64,000 nucleotides of DNA. Origin: Scyliorhinus canicula. Taxonomy: Eukaryota. Under the pieces are notes generated by a model, which saw only the letters and a program-made list of their open reading frames with translations, did not search any database and was not told the DNA's origin. Of the stretch, positions 1 through 12,334 are shown one piece after another. Numbering within the stretch: the first letter of the stretch is position 1; each line of letters starts with the position of its first letter. The stretch is from contig NC_052154.1 of NCBI RefSeq assembly GCF_902713615.1, forward strand, positions 74,209,495 through 74,273,494. The letters run 5' to 3'. The position numbers and the translations under genes were made by a program.

Positions 1-58
1 GCTCGAGGGGCCATATGACCTATTCCTGCTCCTAGTTTTTATTATGTTCTCATGTTCT
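1..58 (+). mobile_element. CR1-type LINE/SINE 3' tail fragment
   Basis: GCTCGAGGGGCCATATGACCTATTCCTGCTCCT followed by TATGTT-like tail, resembling the CR1-type tails of SINEs elsewhere in the window. Confidence 0.45.
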
Positions 59-324
59 TATGAAAATGGGATGATATTCTCCTTGGACAAAAACCCTGCA
101 TATCTCTCCTCTACCTCATTAATCACACTTGCTCCCACAGCAGTTTTTACCTCGTGTCTCCTAAGTCCAGTTTTTTTTTAAAGCTACAGCCTGCCCTGCA
201 ATATTTCCCAATTTTGTTCCCTTTTCAGAATCCTCCTTATGAACTCCAACAAGTCCTGTGGGTCTTCCTTGCAACTTCCAACATGCTGAACGAACGTGTT
301 CAACCCTATTACAATGGTACCTTC

Positions 325-660
325 TGTGATGTTCTTTGTTGAGTTTCTCAGGATGGATTAAAGTTGTAGTGTAGCCAAATAACATCAAGCTATGTTATCA
401 AACAAAGCTAGTTTATTTACACTACACAAATTATGATTTGAACACGTTACAAGGTATTAACTAATAAATAAGACTATACTACATCTATGCTACAGAACTT
501 TATACTACTGATGTATCTTAACTCGCACATACTCTAAGCTTCTCCTTACTCCTTCTCACACCTTCTCCCAGAAGTCTGAGAGGCATTCCCTTTTATGGGT
601 CTGCTCCCCAGCTCCATCTGATGGTAGAATATCATAATGTGCCAGGCATTATTCATATCA
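325..660 (-). mobile_element. Solo LTR inserted in the Gmr1-like gag
   Basis: TG...CA termini with exact 5-bp TSD CCTTC (320-324 and 661-665). It splits the gag reading frame just upstream of the zinc knuckle. Confidence 0.7.
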
Positions 661-1830
661 CCTTCCTTCCTGGTCCGGGAAGGGGATCTCCGAGCATTCC
701 CAGATATCCATTCTTTACCCTGGCTACCTGCTTTCCTTTCATTCTCCCACTTCCTATCCTTTTCAAAATTATGGGGTGATGGAACAAAGATTTGAATTGA
801 TGGACTAGCTCATAATCATCAACCATAATTGCTGGTGAACTAGCAGTCTTCACAATCTGGTCATCAACATGTGCTCTTATTATAGAAGGTAGGGAATTCT
901 TAAATTCCTCGAAGGGAATGACCTCTCTCAAAGCCTCATAGGTAATTGCAATTCCCAATGCTCGTACCCATCTATCAAAATTGTTCTGCTTAAGCACTTG
1001 TAATTCAGCATACGTCTGTCTCGACTAGCTCCTCAAATTCCAAAACTTTTGCTAATATGCATTTGCACCCAGACTAGGCCTTTTTATCAGATCATAATTT
1101 TTGGACAACCCCTCTGACAGGGAAGGATAAACTTCCTGTGCCCACCCTGTCAATTTACTTTGCATGGGTAATGTCCACATTTCTTTTGGTCACTCCATTT
1201 GGGTTGCTGTTTTCTCAAAAGCCCTAAAAACGGTTTCTATCTCCTTCTCTTTGAATTTTGGGAGGGCCTGTATAAATTTGAACATCCCCACTGGATTCTA
1301 TTCTAAATTTAAGCTCCCCTCTATTTCCTGGCAGCTCCCCTCCAGTGCCTTAAGCCGGAATTCTCTCTCCTTTGCTTTTTCCCCTCTCTTGAATATTTTT
1401 CCCTCTCTCTCTAATTCCAATCTCCTCATTTCAAGCTCCATTTATTTTTACTGCATCTCCTTTTCTTTTTCTATTCTTTTTAATTCCCTCTCATGCTCGA
1501 ACTGCAACCGAATTCCCTGCAGCTCATTTCCCCACCAGAAAATATCTTTAATTCTGCATTACTTTGTTCTCCTGTGTTCCCAGCATCTTTTACAAATTTA
1601 AACAACAGTTACCTCCACCTTTCTAGCTCTAGCTGGTACCTCTATTTTTTAATTCACCTGCTAAATCGACGAGCTTGTCTTTTCAAAGCTCCTTTAAATA
1701 AACCAAAGACAAGTGTCCGCCTGAAGAAAAATCTTAGCACTTTCCAGAGCCATCTGGGAAATCACTACAAACCTGGTGTCTCTTTTTAATTTATACTGTA
1801 ACCTAAACATCACTGCCTACCATTTCAAAG

Positions 1831-1848
1831 ATCCCGCTGAGCCCCCCA
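1831..1848 (-). promoter_or_regulatory. Primer-binding site, tRNA-Pro-like
   Basis: Minus strand TGGGGGGCTCAGCGGGAT resembles the tRNA-Pro PBS TGGGGGCTCGTCCGGGAT and lies 5 nt from the LTR end. Confidence 0.55.
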
Positions 1849-2029
1849 CGTTATGTTATGATAACCTGGACTACTCCGTCTTCAACTCCAGCCCCTATTG
1901 ATCCAGAGTCACAACGCAATTGAATTAACCAATAATTCTTGGACAAATACCCAAAGTCTTTGGCCCTTGGCTGCCCAATAATTACAGTCACCAGGTTTGT
2001 AAATGTAAACACAATTACTTTTTGTTAAG

Positions 2030-2232
2030 GATGTCCAAAGATGTGCAGATTAGGTGGACTGGCCATGATAAATTGCCCTTAGTGTCCAAATTGCCCTTAG
2101 TGTGTTAGGTGGGGTTACTGGGTTATGGGGATAGGGTGGAGGTATGTGAGTAGGTGGGTAGAGTGCTCTTTCCAAGAGCCGGTGCAGACTCGATGGGCCA
2201 AATGGCCTCCTTCTGCACTGTAAATTCTATGA
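2030..2232 (+). mobile_element. V-SINE (HE1-like) 3' portion with CR1-type tail
   Basis: GATGTGCAGATTAGGTGGACTGGCCATG core and ...GCACTGTAAATTCTATGA tail. Confidence 0.75.
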
Positions 2233-3040
2233 AAATGCTATGAAAACATAACAAGAACTATAATGAAAATGCAGCAAATAAAACTGGTTAACGATCATAT
2301 AATTTTTAATTCCACCCCACTTTAACTTTCCCTCACCCTCTACACACACACAAACACACAAGACCAATCAACATTGAGGGGAAGAAAGGAGTAAAAATAA
2401 GAAGTAAAAGAAAAAGAGTATTTGTTTCAGGCCAACAGCCAACCAATCAAAATGAGCCCCACCCCATCTCTCTCTCTCTGGTGCAGAAAAGTCTGAGGTC
2501 TCCTGTTCCAATTTTAGCAGAGTGCTTTCTCCTATAACTTCTTAATTCCTCACTTCTCACTGCTGCTTGATTTAAAAATATATGTCCTTTAATCATCCAT
2601 GGATCAAAAATGATAACGGCAAAACAAAAGAAAGGGGAATAAGGGAATAAACAGGTAGAACCCTTACACATGTCTTCACAGTGTGGAACGTGAGCTTCCA
2701 CCCTGCAATCTTCAGTCTGTCAGAATAATTTGTGCAAACTCCTAACATACTCCCAGTTTGTGCAGCTCCAAACCCTTCAAAATCACATCCAACACAGCAT
2801 TACAATGATTTTCTTGCATTTAAGATATAAAAGCTGATAGAATTTTCAAACATCTCGGAAGATCTGCGTGCCTTAACCAAAACGGTGTGGGCGCCCCAAA
2901 TCCAGAGATCTCCCCCCCCCCCCCCCCCCCCCCCGGTATCTAGCACCCCCTACTTTATCACGGGAGAAACAGGTGTGGGATGTATTTTACACGTTCATGC
3001 TTCACAGAGGCAGTGGCACATTTAAACGTTCCTTCAATCA

Positions 3041-3352
3041 GAAGGAACGGTAGCACAGTGGTTAGCACTGTTGCTTCACAGTGCCAGGATCCGAACTGCA
3101 ATTCCCAGCTTGGGTCACTTTCTGTGCGGAGTCTGCACGTTCTGCCCTTGTCTGCGGGGGTTCCTCCGTGTGCTCCGGTTTCCTCCCACAAGTCCCGAAA
3201 GACATGCAGGCTAGGTGAATTGGACATTCTGAATTCACCCTCAGTGTACCGGAACAGGTGCCGGAATGTGGCGACTAGGGGATTTTCACAGTAACTTCAC
3301 TGCAGTGTTAATGCAAACCTACTTGTGACAATAATAAAGATTATTATTATTA
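3041..3352 (+). mobile_element. tRNA-headed V-SINE with L2-type tail
   Basis: A/B-box-like head, V-domain core, tail GTGGCGACTAGGGG...AATAAAGATTATTATT. Confidence 0.75.
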
Positions 3353-3394
3353 TTTTGTGACTCAAGTTTCTGAAACATTCTTATTTTGTATAAA

Positions 3395-3602
3395 TTTAGA
3401 TTACTCAATTATTTTTTCCAGTTAAGGGGAAATTTAGCATGGCCAATCCACCTATACTGCACATCTTTTGCGTTGAGGGGGTGAAACCCATGCAGACACA
3501 AGGAGAATGTGCAAACTCCACACGGACAGTGACCCAGGGCCGGGATTCGACCCCAGGTCCTCGTAGGCAGCAATGCTAACTACTGTGCCACCGTGCTGCC
3601 CT
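3395..3602 (-). mobile_element. V-SINE (short form)
   Basis: Reverse complement of GGGCAGCACGGTGGCACAG head and core. Confidence 0.75.
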
Positions 3603-4787
3603 AAGTTTATGAAACCTAAACGTTTGTAGGCTTTATGAATCTGAGGCAATGGTCTGAACCTACCAGAGTTATGAGCAGAGGTGGATACCCTTTTGAAGAG
3701 GTCAGACACCCCTTTAGGATTGTTAAGAAATAGGTAAATGTGTGTAAAAAATGGATAAGGCCTGTATAACAGTCCAGGATAGCAAGCCATTTAAATTATC
3801 TGCCCTTTATACTTTGAAAAAAGCAGACTGCTGTGACTCTCAGTTGAAAACAGACTGGTGCTTGCAATTTCAGGAGATGTTTGTTGGCATATGCCTGAGG
3901 GTTATTACTATAGGATTGGTACTGCTTGATTTCTTCTACTACCTATTCATTTCATGGTAGGAATAGGGGGGTCTATAAGTTCCATTTTAATGACAGCTCC
4001 TATTGCCTATAAAGGTATTAGCTGTCTTTGATGTGAGGCCATAAATATAAATGTTTGATTTATGAGAGATTAAGTACTTGAAGGAATTATTTATAAGTGG
4101 AGTCTGTAATAGACACATGGAACTTTATTCGTTTCATCTCCGATGGCTCCTGAGGTCTGCCCATGGTAGATATTGGGTGAGTTGGCATATAGGGTGTAAA
4201 TGCAAAGAGTGGTGGGTGGGGGTCATAGCTTGGCATGAGTTGAAACTCAGTTGGCATACAGGCTATAAAGGACTATGGGGATGAACAGAAAGTTGTGGGT
4301 TCAGTTGAGTTAACACGGCGGCTATAAAGGGCCATGGAGATGGCTGGGAGACATGAGTTTGCGTGGATGAAACATGGGGAGTGTGCGCCATTAAGGCGGT
4401 GTTGAGGATGAAAGAGCCTGCCTCTGCACTCGGCAGCCCCTGTGGCTGTCTCTGAACTGTTTCTGGGCGGGGGGGGGGGGGGGGGGGGGGGGGCATTGTG
4501 GGGTCCCAACTCCAGTTAATACCATTCCAGCAGAACAAATATCTGAACATTCAGGAAGGTTTCTCCCGAGTCAGGCTTGGGGAGTCAGGAATTTTCCCCC
4601 CACTCTGCCCACCTGACTCAGGAGCTAACATTCATGTCCCAGTTTAATTAAACTCCCAATTATTTTCACGGAGTTTCACATATGGATCAATTCAGCAATT
4701 GCAGCTGGAACAGTATCGGAGCTGATGTGTTCTCACAGACCTTTACAATATTGAAATGCCTAGCTGACATACCAGGGAGTTATAAAG

Positions 4788-4916
4788 GCAAATTACTACA
4801 GATGCTGGAATCTGAAACGAAAGAGAAAATGCTGGAAAATCTCAGCAGGTCTGGTAGCATCTGTAGGGAGAGAAAAGAGCTAACTTTTCGAGTCCGATGA
4901 CTCTTTGTCAAAGCTA
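4788..4916. mobile_element. Penelope-derived non-autonomous repeat fragment (second family)
   Basis: CAGATGCTGGAATCTGAAAC...CTCAGCAGGTCTGG motif also seen at 30412-30570, 43290-43420 and 58490-58590, with a decayed hammerhead-like stem. Confidence 0.4.
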
Positions 4917-5035
4917 TGATGCTTCGTAAGAAATATCAATAATTTGGGTCGTTTTAATGAGAGAGAGAGCTAGAGAAACTATAAAGTTCTTTGATTTAGG
5001 AGGTAAGACATGAACACCGATATGTTAGTAACTTC

Positions 5036-5208
5036 GGGGCTGGTTTCGCACAGTGGGCTAAATAGCAGACCAAGGCAGGCCAGCAGCACAGTTCAATTCC
5101 CGTACCAGCCTCCCTGAACAGGTGCCGGAATGTGGCGACCAGGAGCTTTTCACGGTAACTTCATTTGAAGCCTACTTGTGACAATAAGCCATTTTCATTT
5201 TCATTTCA
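5036..5208 (+). mobile_element. Short tRNA-headed SINE with L2-type tail
   Basis: GGGGCTGGTTTCGCACAG head and TTCAT-type repeat tail; same family at 27197-27372 and 33650-33790. Confidence 0.65.
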
Positions 5209-5666
5209 TCAACTTCTGCTGTTTTATTGATTGAGGTAATCTGGAGGTGGGAACTACCATTGCTGTTAGAAAGTGAACAAAGGTCACATTTCACCTGAGA
5301 AATTTTCACTCAAATTCAAAAACTATTTCGAATCTGACACAAATTTGACAAAAACCACAATCAATAATTTCACACAAAAGAGTGAAGCGAGGGAGCTCCA
5401 GACCGTTGGACCATGTCACAGACACCATGCCGGAGGAAGGGGCAGGCTTGTCACAGAAAAATGGTGGAAATACATCAGAGGCTAGAGTTAGAGAAATGGA
5501 GAATGCTGGAAAAGGAGGCTGTGGGGTTAAAGGAGGAAACAGACAGGAGGTGCAAGACCATGCAGGGAGTGAAACACATGGATGAGAATTGTCAATGTGA
5601 GAATTAAGGGTTCAGGAGATGTGGCAGGTCAATGGGAACATGGATGTTGCTCAAACAGGACGTTTC

Positions 5667-6012
5667 ATAGAGTCATAGAATTATACAGCACAGAAAAGGC
5701 CCTTTGGTCCATCGTGTCTGTGCCAGTCAAAAACAACCACCTATCCATTCTAATCCCATTTTCCAGCGTTTGGCCCACAGCCTTGTGTGCCCTGGGATCG
5801 CAAGTGCACATCTAAATATACTTCTTAAATGTTATGAGGGTCTCTGCCTCCACCACCCTTTCAGGCAGCAAATTCCAAACTCCCACCACCCCCTGGGTAA
5901 AATGATTTTCTTCACATTCCCTCTAAACCTCTTGCCCCTTTCTTTAAATCTATGCCCCCTGATCATTGACCCCCTCCACCAAGGGAAAAAGTTTGTTTCT
6001 GTCTAAACTATT
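5667..6012 (-). mobile_element. CR1 LINE 3' fragment
   Basis: CATAGAG tail and antisense CR1 ORF2 C-terminal signature (...GGCAGCAAATTCCAAACTCCCACCACCC). Confidence 0.65.
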
Positions 6013-6072
6013 TCTGATCCTGTCATGTGAGGGTACCTTTAAGAAATGGGTGTTTATAAGTGGGTGTGTATA

Positions 6073-6369
6073 TGTGGTGAATGTAATAATATGTATATAT
6101 GATAATTCACACTGTCTTTGTAAGCGCAGTAGCGCTATCCTACCACTAGGGGGAGTAGCTCTGGGAGTACTCAGGAACTTGTACTGTGCTCCATCCTTGG
6201 CTCCGCCTACGACTCCTCCCCCTAGTGCAGCTGTATAAATACCCTTGTCCAGAGGCAGCCTGAGTTCACTAAGAGTTCATCAACGGGTAACAGGCTGGCT
6301 CTGAAGTAAGTCGATTCAAGCCTAGGTTCATATCGGAAAGACGTATCTGGTGAATTGATGGTTCCATCA
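6073..6369 (+). repeat. 5' LTR of element A
   Basis: Direct repeat of 10004-10298; TATAAATA at 6234-6241. Confidence 0.95.
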
Positions 6370-6402
6370 ATTTAATCGACTTAAGAACAGTGAAGATCGA
6401 TT

Positions 6403-9400
6403 ATGGAATTGGACCTCAAGCCTAGACGCCTGGAACTCGACCCGCAGGATGCAGAGGCTAAAGAAATCTTCTCCCACTGGATCCGGTGCTTCAAGGCCTC
6501 CCTGGCCGAAGAGGATCAGAAGCTAAGTCTACTGCACGCGAGGGTGAGCCACAGAATCGCTACGCAACTAAACTCGGCCAGTTCATATACTGCGGCGCTA
6601 GCAGTTCTCGATAAAATTTATGTAATGCCTATTAATGAAGTTTACGCTCGCCATGTGTTCACGACTCGCCGCCAGCGGCCTACAGAATCACTCGCCGAAT
6701 TTCTAAGGGAACTCAATAATTTGTCCAATGACTGTAATTAACAAGCGGTTACCGCGGCTGAACACAGGAAACTTGCGGTACGCGATGTTTTTGTAGGGGG
6801 CCTCAGGTCTAACTATGTGCGCAAACGACTGCTGGAAAAGGGGGCCCAGGACTTAGAAACGACTGTGGAAGCTGCTACCATGATGGAGGTCTCCTTCCGC
6901 AGCCTTAACTCGTTCCCGCGGACCCCGCGACCCAATCATGGGCCCCCGACCAGCGACTCCCCCAGGCCTGTGCTACGCAGCCGCCCAGCCACCATGCTGC
7001 CCCAGCCAACCACTATGCTGCTCCAGCCGGCCACTATGCTGCTCCAGCCTGCCATTTCTGCAGCCAGAACCAGCAACCGCGGCAGCACAGCAGCTGCGGG
7101 CGAAAAGGCCATTACGCAAGAGTGTGCCTCGCTAAAAGGGCCCCAGCTTCCAACTCCCCAGCAACTCGAAGTAATCGCTCCCCTCACTCGCAGGCCCGCG
7201 GGGCCCGAAACGCTGCGGCCTATGCCCCGACTCCGCCCTCTGCAGCCACGTGCGATCCATGGGGGCCGCCATCTTGGAAAACCTCCACCACGCGGCCGGC
7301 CACGTGCGACCCATGGGGGCCGCCATCTTGGACGCCATCTTCCTCGCTGCCCGCCACGTGCGATCCACGGGCCCGATCGGCATCTCCGCGCTCGGACAAC
7401 TCTGCGGAAGAATTCGAATTCGACTATGAACCCAGAGGGCAGTCATCACAGGGCCACTCCAGCACAGCTGATCGAGCCGCCGACTACCCGCAACTCAGCG
7501 CGGTCACCCTGGACCAATCACGACCAAAGAATCTACGAAACTCGATGGCAGAGATCCATATCAACGGGAAAAAACGCCATGCCTCTTCGACTCCGAGAGC
7601 ACGGAGAGCTTCATACACCCAGACCTGGTAAGACGCTGTTTGCTCCCCGTTTTCCCCATGCAGCAAACTATCTCGCTCGCTTCAGGCTCCCATTCGGTCC
7701 AGATCCAGGGGCGCACCGCCGCGACACTCACAATCCGAGGCGCTAGCTACTCGAAATTCAAACTCTACGTTTTGCCCGAACTCTGCACGCGTACCACATG
7801 TTCTCCACGGCGGATCTGAAGTCTGCATACCACCAGCCCCCAATCCGCCCGGAGGACCGCCACTACACGGCATTCGAGGCCAATGGCCGCCTCTTCCATT
7901 TCCTCCGGGTCCCTTTCGGCGTCACTAATGGGGTCTCGGTGTTCCAACGAGCAATGGACCGAATGGTGGACCAGTACGGGCTGCGAGCCACGTTTCCGTA
8001 CTTGGACAATGTCACCATCTGCGGCTATGACCAGCAGGACCACGACGCCAACCTCCACCATTTTCTCCAGACGGCACAGAAACTGAATCTCACGTACAAC
8101 AAGGAGAAATGCGTTTTCCGCACAACCAGACTAGCCATCCTCTGCAATGTCGTGGAAAACGGAGTCCTGGGCCCAGACCCGGACCGTATGCGCCCCCTCT
8201 TAGAACTCCCCCTCCCCCATTGCCCCAAGGCCCTCAAACGGTGCTTGGGCTTCTTTTCCTACTACGCCCAGTGGGTCCCTCAATATGCGGACAAAGCCCG
8301 ACAACTCTTTAGGGCACACAATTTCCCCTGTCAGCTGAGGCACGCCAGGCCTTCGACGTCATCAAGGAGGACATCGACAAAGCGGTCATGCGGGCGATGG
8401 ATGAATCCACTCCATTTCAGGTAGAGAGCGACGCCTCAGAGGTAGCTCTTGCAGCCACGTTAAATCAGGCAGGGAGACCAGTTGCATTTTTCTCCCGTAC
8501 CCTCTCCGCTTCAGAACTCTGACACTCTTCAGTCGAGAAAGAAATACAAGCCATTGTGGAGGCTATCCGTCATTGGAGGCACTACCTCGCAGGTAGGAGG
8601 TTCACCCTCATCACCGACCAAAGATCTGTTGCCTTCATGTTCGACAACTCGCAAAGGGGCAAAATTAAAAACGACAAAATTCTGAGGTGGAGGATCGAAC
8701 TCTCCACCTACAATTACGATATCAAATATCGACCCGGGAAGCTCAACGAGCCTCCGGATGCCCTATCCCGCGGGACATGCGCCAGCGCGCAGATCGACCA
8801 ATTAAAAGTCATCCACAATGACCTCTGCCACCCGGGGGTCACCCGGCTCGCCCACTGCATCAGGGCCCGAAACCTGCCTTTCTCCAACGAGGAGGTAAAA
8901 GCGGTCACCAGGGACCGCCCGATCTGTGCGGAGTGCAAACCGTATTTCTATAGACCAGACAGGGCCCACCTGGTCAAGGCTTCTAGGCCCTTTAAACGCC
9001 TCGCGATTGATTTCAAAGGGCCACTCCCCTCAACTAACAAGAATGTTTACTTTTTAAACGTCGTAGACGAGTTCTCCCGTTTCCCATTCGCTATCCCGTG
9101 CCCCGACATGACCTCCCACACAGTCATTAGGGCCCTGCATAGCATCTTCACCCTGTTTGGTTTCCCCAGCTACGTACACAGCAACCGGGGTTCATCCTTC
9201 ATGAGCGACGAGCTGAGTCAGTACCTGCTCGACAAGGGCATTGCCTCGAGCAGGACTACCAGCTACAACCCCAGGGGGAACGGGCAAGTGGAAAGGGAGA
9301 ACGCGATGGTCTGGAAGACCGTCCTACTGACCCTCCGGTCTAGAAAGTTCCAAGTCTCCCAGTGGCAGGAAGTCCTCCCAGACGCGCTCCACGCTATTAG

Positions 9401-9953
9401 GTCCCTTTTGTGCACGGCGACCAACCAGACCCCTCACGAGAGGCTCTTCATTTTTTCCAGGGGCACTACCACGGGGGTCTCACTTCCGGCATGGCTGAGG
9501 GCGCCGGGCCCCGTACTTCTGAGGAAACACGTCAGGGCGCACAAAACAGACCCCTTGTTGAAAAGGTGCGCCTGCTCCACTCCAACCCCCAGTACGCATT
9601 CGTCGAGTTCCCTGACGGCCGTCAGGACATGGTATCCCTCCGGGATCTGGCACCCGATGGATTCAGCGCCCCCTCTACCCCCACAGAAGGACCTCTCGCC
9701 CTACACCCCATGCTGCCGCCCCCCTCGCGCTCCCGAGCCTCAAGCTCGCTCCACCAGTTCCGCGCACCCACGCCGACCAGCCCCCAGCGCCCCCAGTTCC
9801 CGGTCGAACCAGGAGAATATGAAGCTCGGATACAACCCTCCCTGGAGTCCGCCATCGTACCCCAGCACACAACACCCATCCAGCCACCGCAAGAGGCTGC
9901 AACCCCGGTGCTCCGCAGATCACAACGGACAATTCGACCACCGGGCAGACTGA
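6403..9953 (+). pseudogene. gag-pol of element A, with stops, frameshifts and an RT N-terminal deletion
   Basis: gag KPRRLELDP..FSHW; RT YLDN motif in 7798-8424; RNase H ESDASEVA; integrase HHCC plus IDFKGP/HSNRGSSF/ERE in 8556-9953. Confidence 0.9.
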
Positions 9954-10003
9954 CATTGTAGGCCACCACCCCCGCCAGACTTGCTTTTTTTGCAGGGGGT
10001 GAA

Positions 10004-10298
10004 TGTGGTGAATGTAATATATTATATATGATAATTCACACTGTCTTTGTAAGCGCAGTAGCGCTATCCTACCTCTAGTGGGAGTAGCTCTGGGAGTACT
10101 CAGGAACTCGTACTGGGCTCCATCCTTGGCTCCGCCCATGACTCCTCCCCCTAGTGCAGCTGTATAAATACCCTTGTCCAGAGGCAGCCTGAGGTCACTA
10201 AGAGTTCATCAACGGGTAACAGGCTGGCTCTGAAGTAAGTCGATTCAAGCCTAGGTTCATATCGGAAAGACGTATCTGGTGAATTGATGGTTCCATCA
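10004..10298 (+). repeat. 3' LTR of element A
   Basis: Follows the PPT, ends CATCA, followed by TSD GTATA. Confidence 0.95.
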
Positions 10299-10984
10299 GT
10301 ATATAAATATCTGTAGTGGGTGTACCTTTAAGAAATGGGTGTTTATTACTGCATAGATGTCAGAGAGTGGGTGGAGCTGGGCTGTCTGTTAGCTTTTTAC
10401 TTTTGCTTTAGGCTTTTGCTGCAGGGTGGGTTTGGTTTTATTTTAGTTTTGGAGAAGCTGAAATCACAGCAGGATGTGTATGAATCTCTGCAAGTTTATG
10501 AATGTTCATTTGGAGTTTTCAAAGTGGTAACTGTTCTCAGTAGTGAATTTAAACCGGATGTGCTTCTGTTAAAAGGTGTTTTTAAGTCGTATGGATGTAA
10601 AAAGGAAAGTAAGGATTACTTAGTGTTGTAGTCTTTGGGGTTTGTATTTGAATTAATGGTTGCTAAGATGTTCACTGTATGTTTTAAAACGGTTAACTTG
10701 AATAAACATTGTTTTGCTTTAACAAACAATGTTAGATGCCTGCTGCACCACACCTGCATAGTGGGCCATGTGCTCCCCATACCACAATCTATTAAAAGTT
10801 GTGGGTCAGGTGAACTCTATGATACACTTTGGGGTTCTCTAAGCCCTGGCTCATAACAAATTGAGGGCTCAAGGGGGATAAAAGTCGATCTATTGGATTG
10901 GCTTAGTGAACTTAAAGACAATGAGGGGTGAACATATTGTGGTTGCTTTTCAGGTGTGGTATTCCAGTTTAAGGGGAGTGTGTT

Positions 10985-12075
10985 GTGAACAATGCTCTTT
11001 CAGAGGCTCTGAAGTTTTTGGGGGTGGAGACGGTCACACGCAGTACCTTACGGACAGAGACTAAAAGCAGACTGTTAGATTTGGCAAAAACATTGCAGTT
11101 AACATTACCTGACAAAATGCGAAAAGATGAGGTAATTATGACAGTGGCTAAGCATTTAAAGTTGCCTGAGATACAGTTTGACTCACTGGAAATGGCAAAA
11201 ATTCAGTTACAAAATAAACAAATGGAACATGAGAAAGAATTAAATCAGCTTGAATATAAGAGAGAGTGAGGAAAAAGAAAGAGAGAGAAGAGGAAAATGA
11301 AAGAGAGAGAGTTTGAACTTCGGAAAATGGCCATGAAACATGACAGTCAGTTAAATTGGCGGATTTAAAGGGAAATGTACAGTTTGAGGATAGTGCTGAG
11401 GATAAAGAGAAAGAACATATAGTTGAAGGCTTGGTGGGGATCTATTTAAATTGTCCAAGCATTGCTAAGATTTTACGAGAAGGAGGTAGAAGCCTTTTTC
11501 ATTTCATTTGAGAATGTGGCTAAACAAATGAATGGCCACAGGACATGTGGGTATTACTGATTCAAACAAAGCTGGTAGGTAGGACTAGTGAAGTGTTTGC
11601 ATCACTACCGGAGGAGGTATCTGGGACGTATGAGGTGTGAAAAAAACCATCTTGGGTGCATATGAACTAATGCCTGAAGCCTACAAACAAAGGTTTAGAA
11701 ATTTAAGGACAGAATTTGGTCAAACATACATGGAGTTTCAAGTCTCAAACAGAGTAATTTCGACAGGTGGATAAGGGCTTTGAAAATAAACCAAACATAT
11801 GAAGCTCTCCGAGAATTATACTTTTGGAGGAGTTTAAAAATTCAATTCCTGATGTAGTGAGAACTCATGGAAGAATAAAGGGTTAAAACTGCGAGGTTAG
11901 CAACACAATGGCAGATGATTATGAATTAGTTAATAAATCAAAGCTTGGTTTCCGACCTCAGTTTCAGCCTGTGAGGGATAGAAACTGGGGACATGAGAAA
12001 TACTCAAGTTGTAAAGATAAAGGTGATCTGATGGGAGATAATAAGGAGAGTGTACCTCAGATTAATAAAGAAATC
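10985..12075 (+). pseudogene. Gmr1-like gag remnant with SCAN-like region
   Basis: Frameshifted KQSNFDRWIRALKINQTYEALRE..EEFKNSIPDVVRTH..MADDYELV, matching the minus-strand copy at 653-997; truncated by an L1 5' end. Confidence 0.7.
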
Positions 12076-12334
12076 GATTTCGACTTCCGGGCGGCGAGCG
12101 AGGAGGTCGCAGGGAGAGGGGCTCCCGCAAGCGCCAGACAAGGAACCCCCCCGACAGGCCGGACGGCGGAGGAGGAGAAGCGGCAGTGGCGGCGGAGGAG
12201 GAGAAGCGGCAGCGGAGGGGGAGCGAGCGAGAGGAGCGGCGGAGGAGCGCGGCGGCGGAGAGGCGGCGGCGGCGAGAGCGGGAGAGCGGCGGCGACAGGG
12301 GGCCCAGCAGCGGCAGGTCCAACCCCTCTCCCCC

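Larger units (their letters stand above)
110..2029 (-). mobile_element. Decayed Gmr1-like Ty3/gypsy element (partial 5' LTR, PBS, gag remnant)
   Basis: Minus-strand ORF pieces KQNNFDRWVRALG..TYEALREVIPFEEFKNSLP (SCAN-like gag) and a degenerate zinc knuckle YHCNRVEHVRSAC. LTR end CATAACA at 1854 is followed by a Pro-type PBS. Homologous to the gag at 10985-12075. Confidence 0.65.
6073..10298 (+). mobile_element. Ty3/gypsy LTR retrotransposon A (two LTRs, decayed coding region)
   Basis: LTRs 6073-6369 and 10004-10298 (TGTGG...CATCA, roughly 3% different), 5-bp TSD GTATA, PPT GCAGGGGGTGAA, gag-PR-RT-RH-IN order. Confidence 0.95.
6021..10858 (+). mobile_element. 5' LTR of a Gmr1-like element, interrupted by gypsy element A
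   Basis: TGTCATG...CATAACA termini. Followed by a degenerate Pro-type PBS (AATTGAGGGCTC..GGGAT, 10859-10879) and gag. Sequence is continuous across the GTATA TSD. Confidence 0.65.

Noticed and set aside
2913-2935. Long poly-C/poly-G runs here and at about 4467, 22976, 51895 and 61305
   Set aside because: Scattered homopolymers with no shared context; lengths are unreliable in long-read assemblies.
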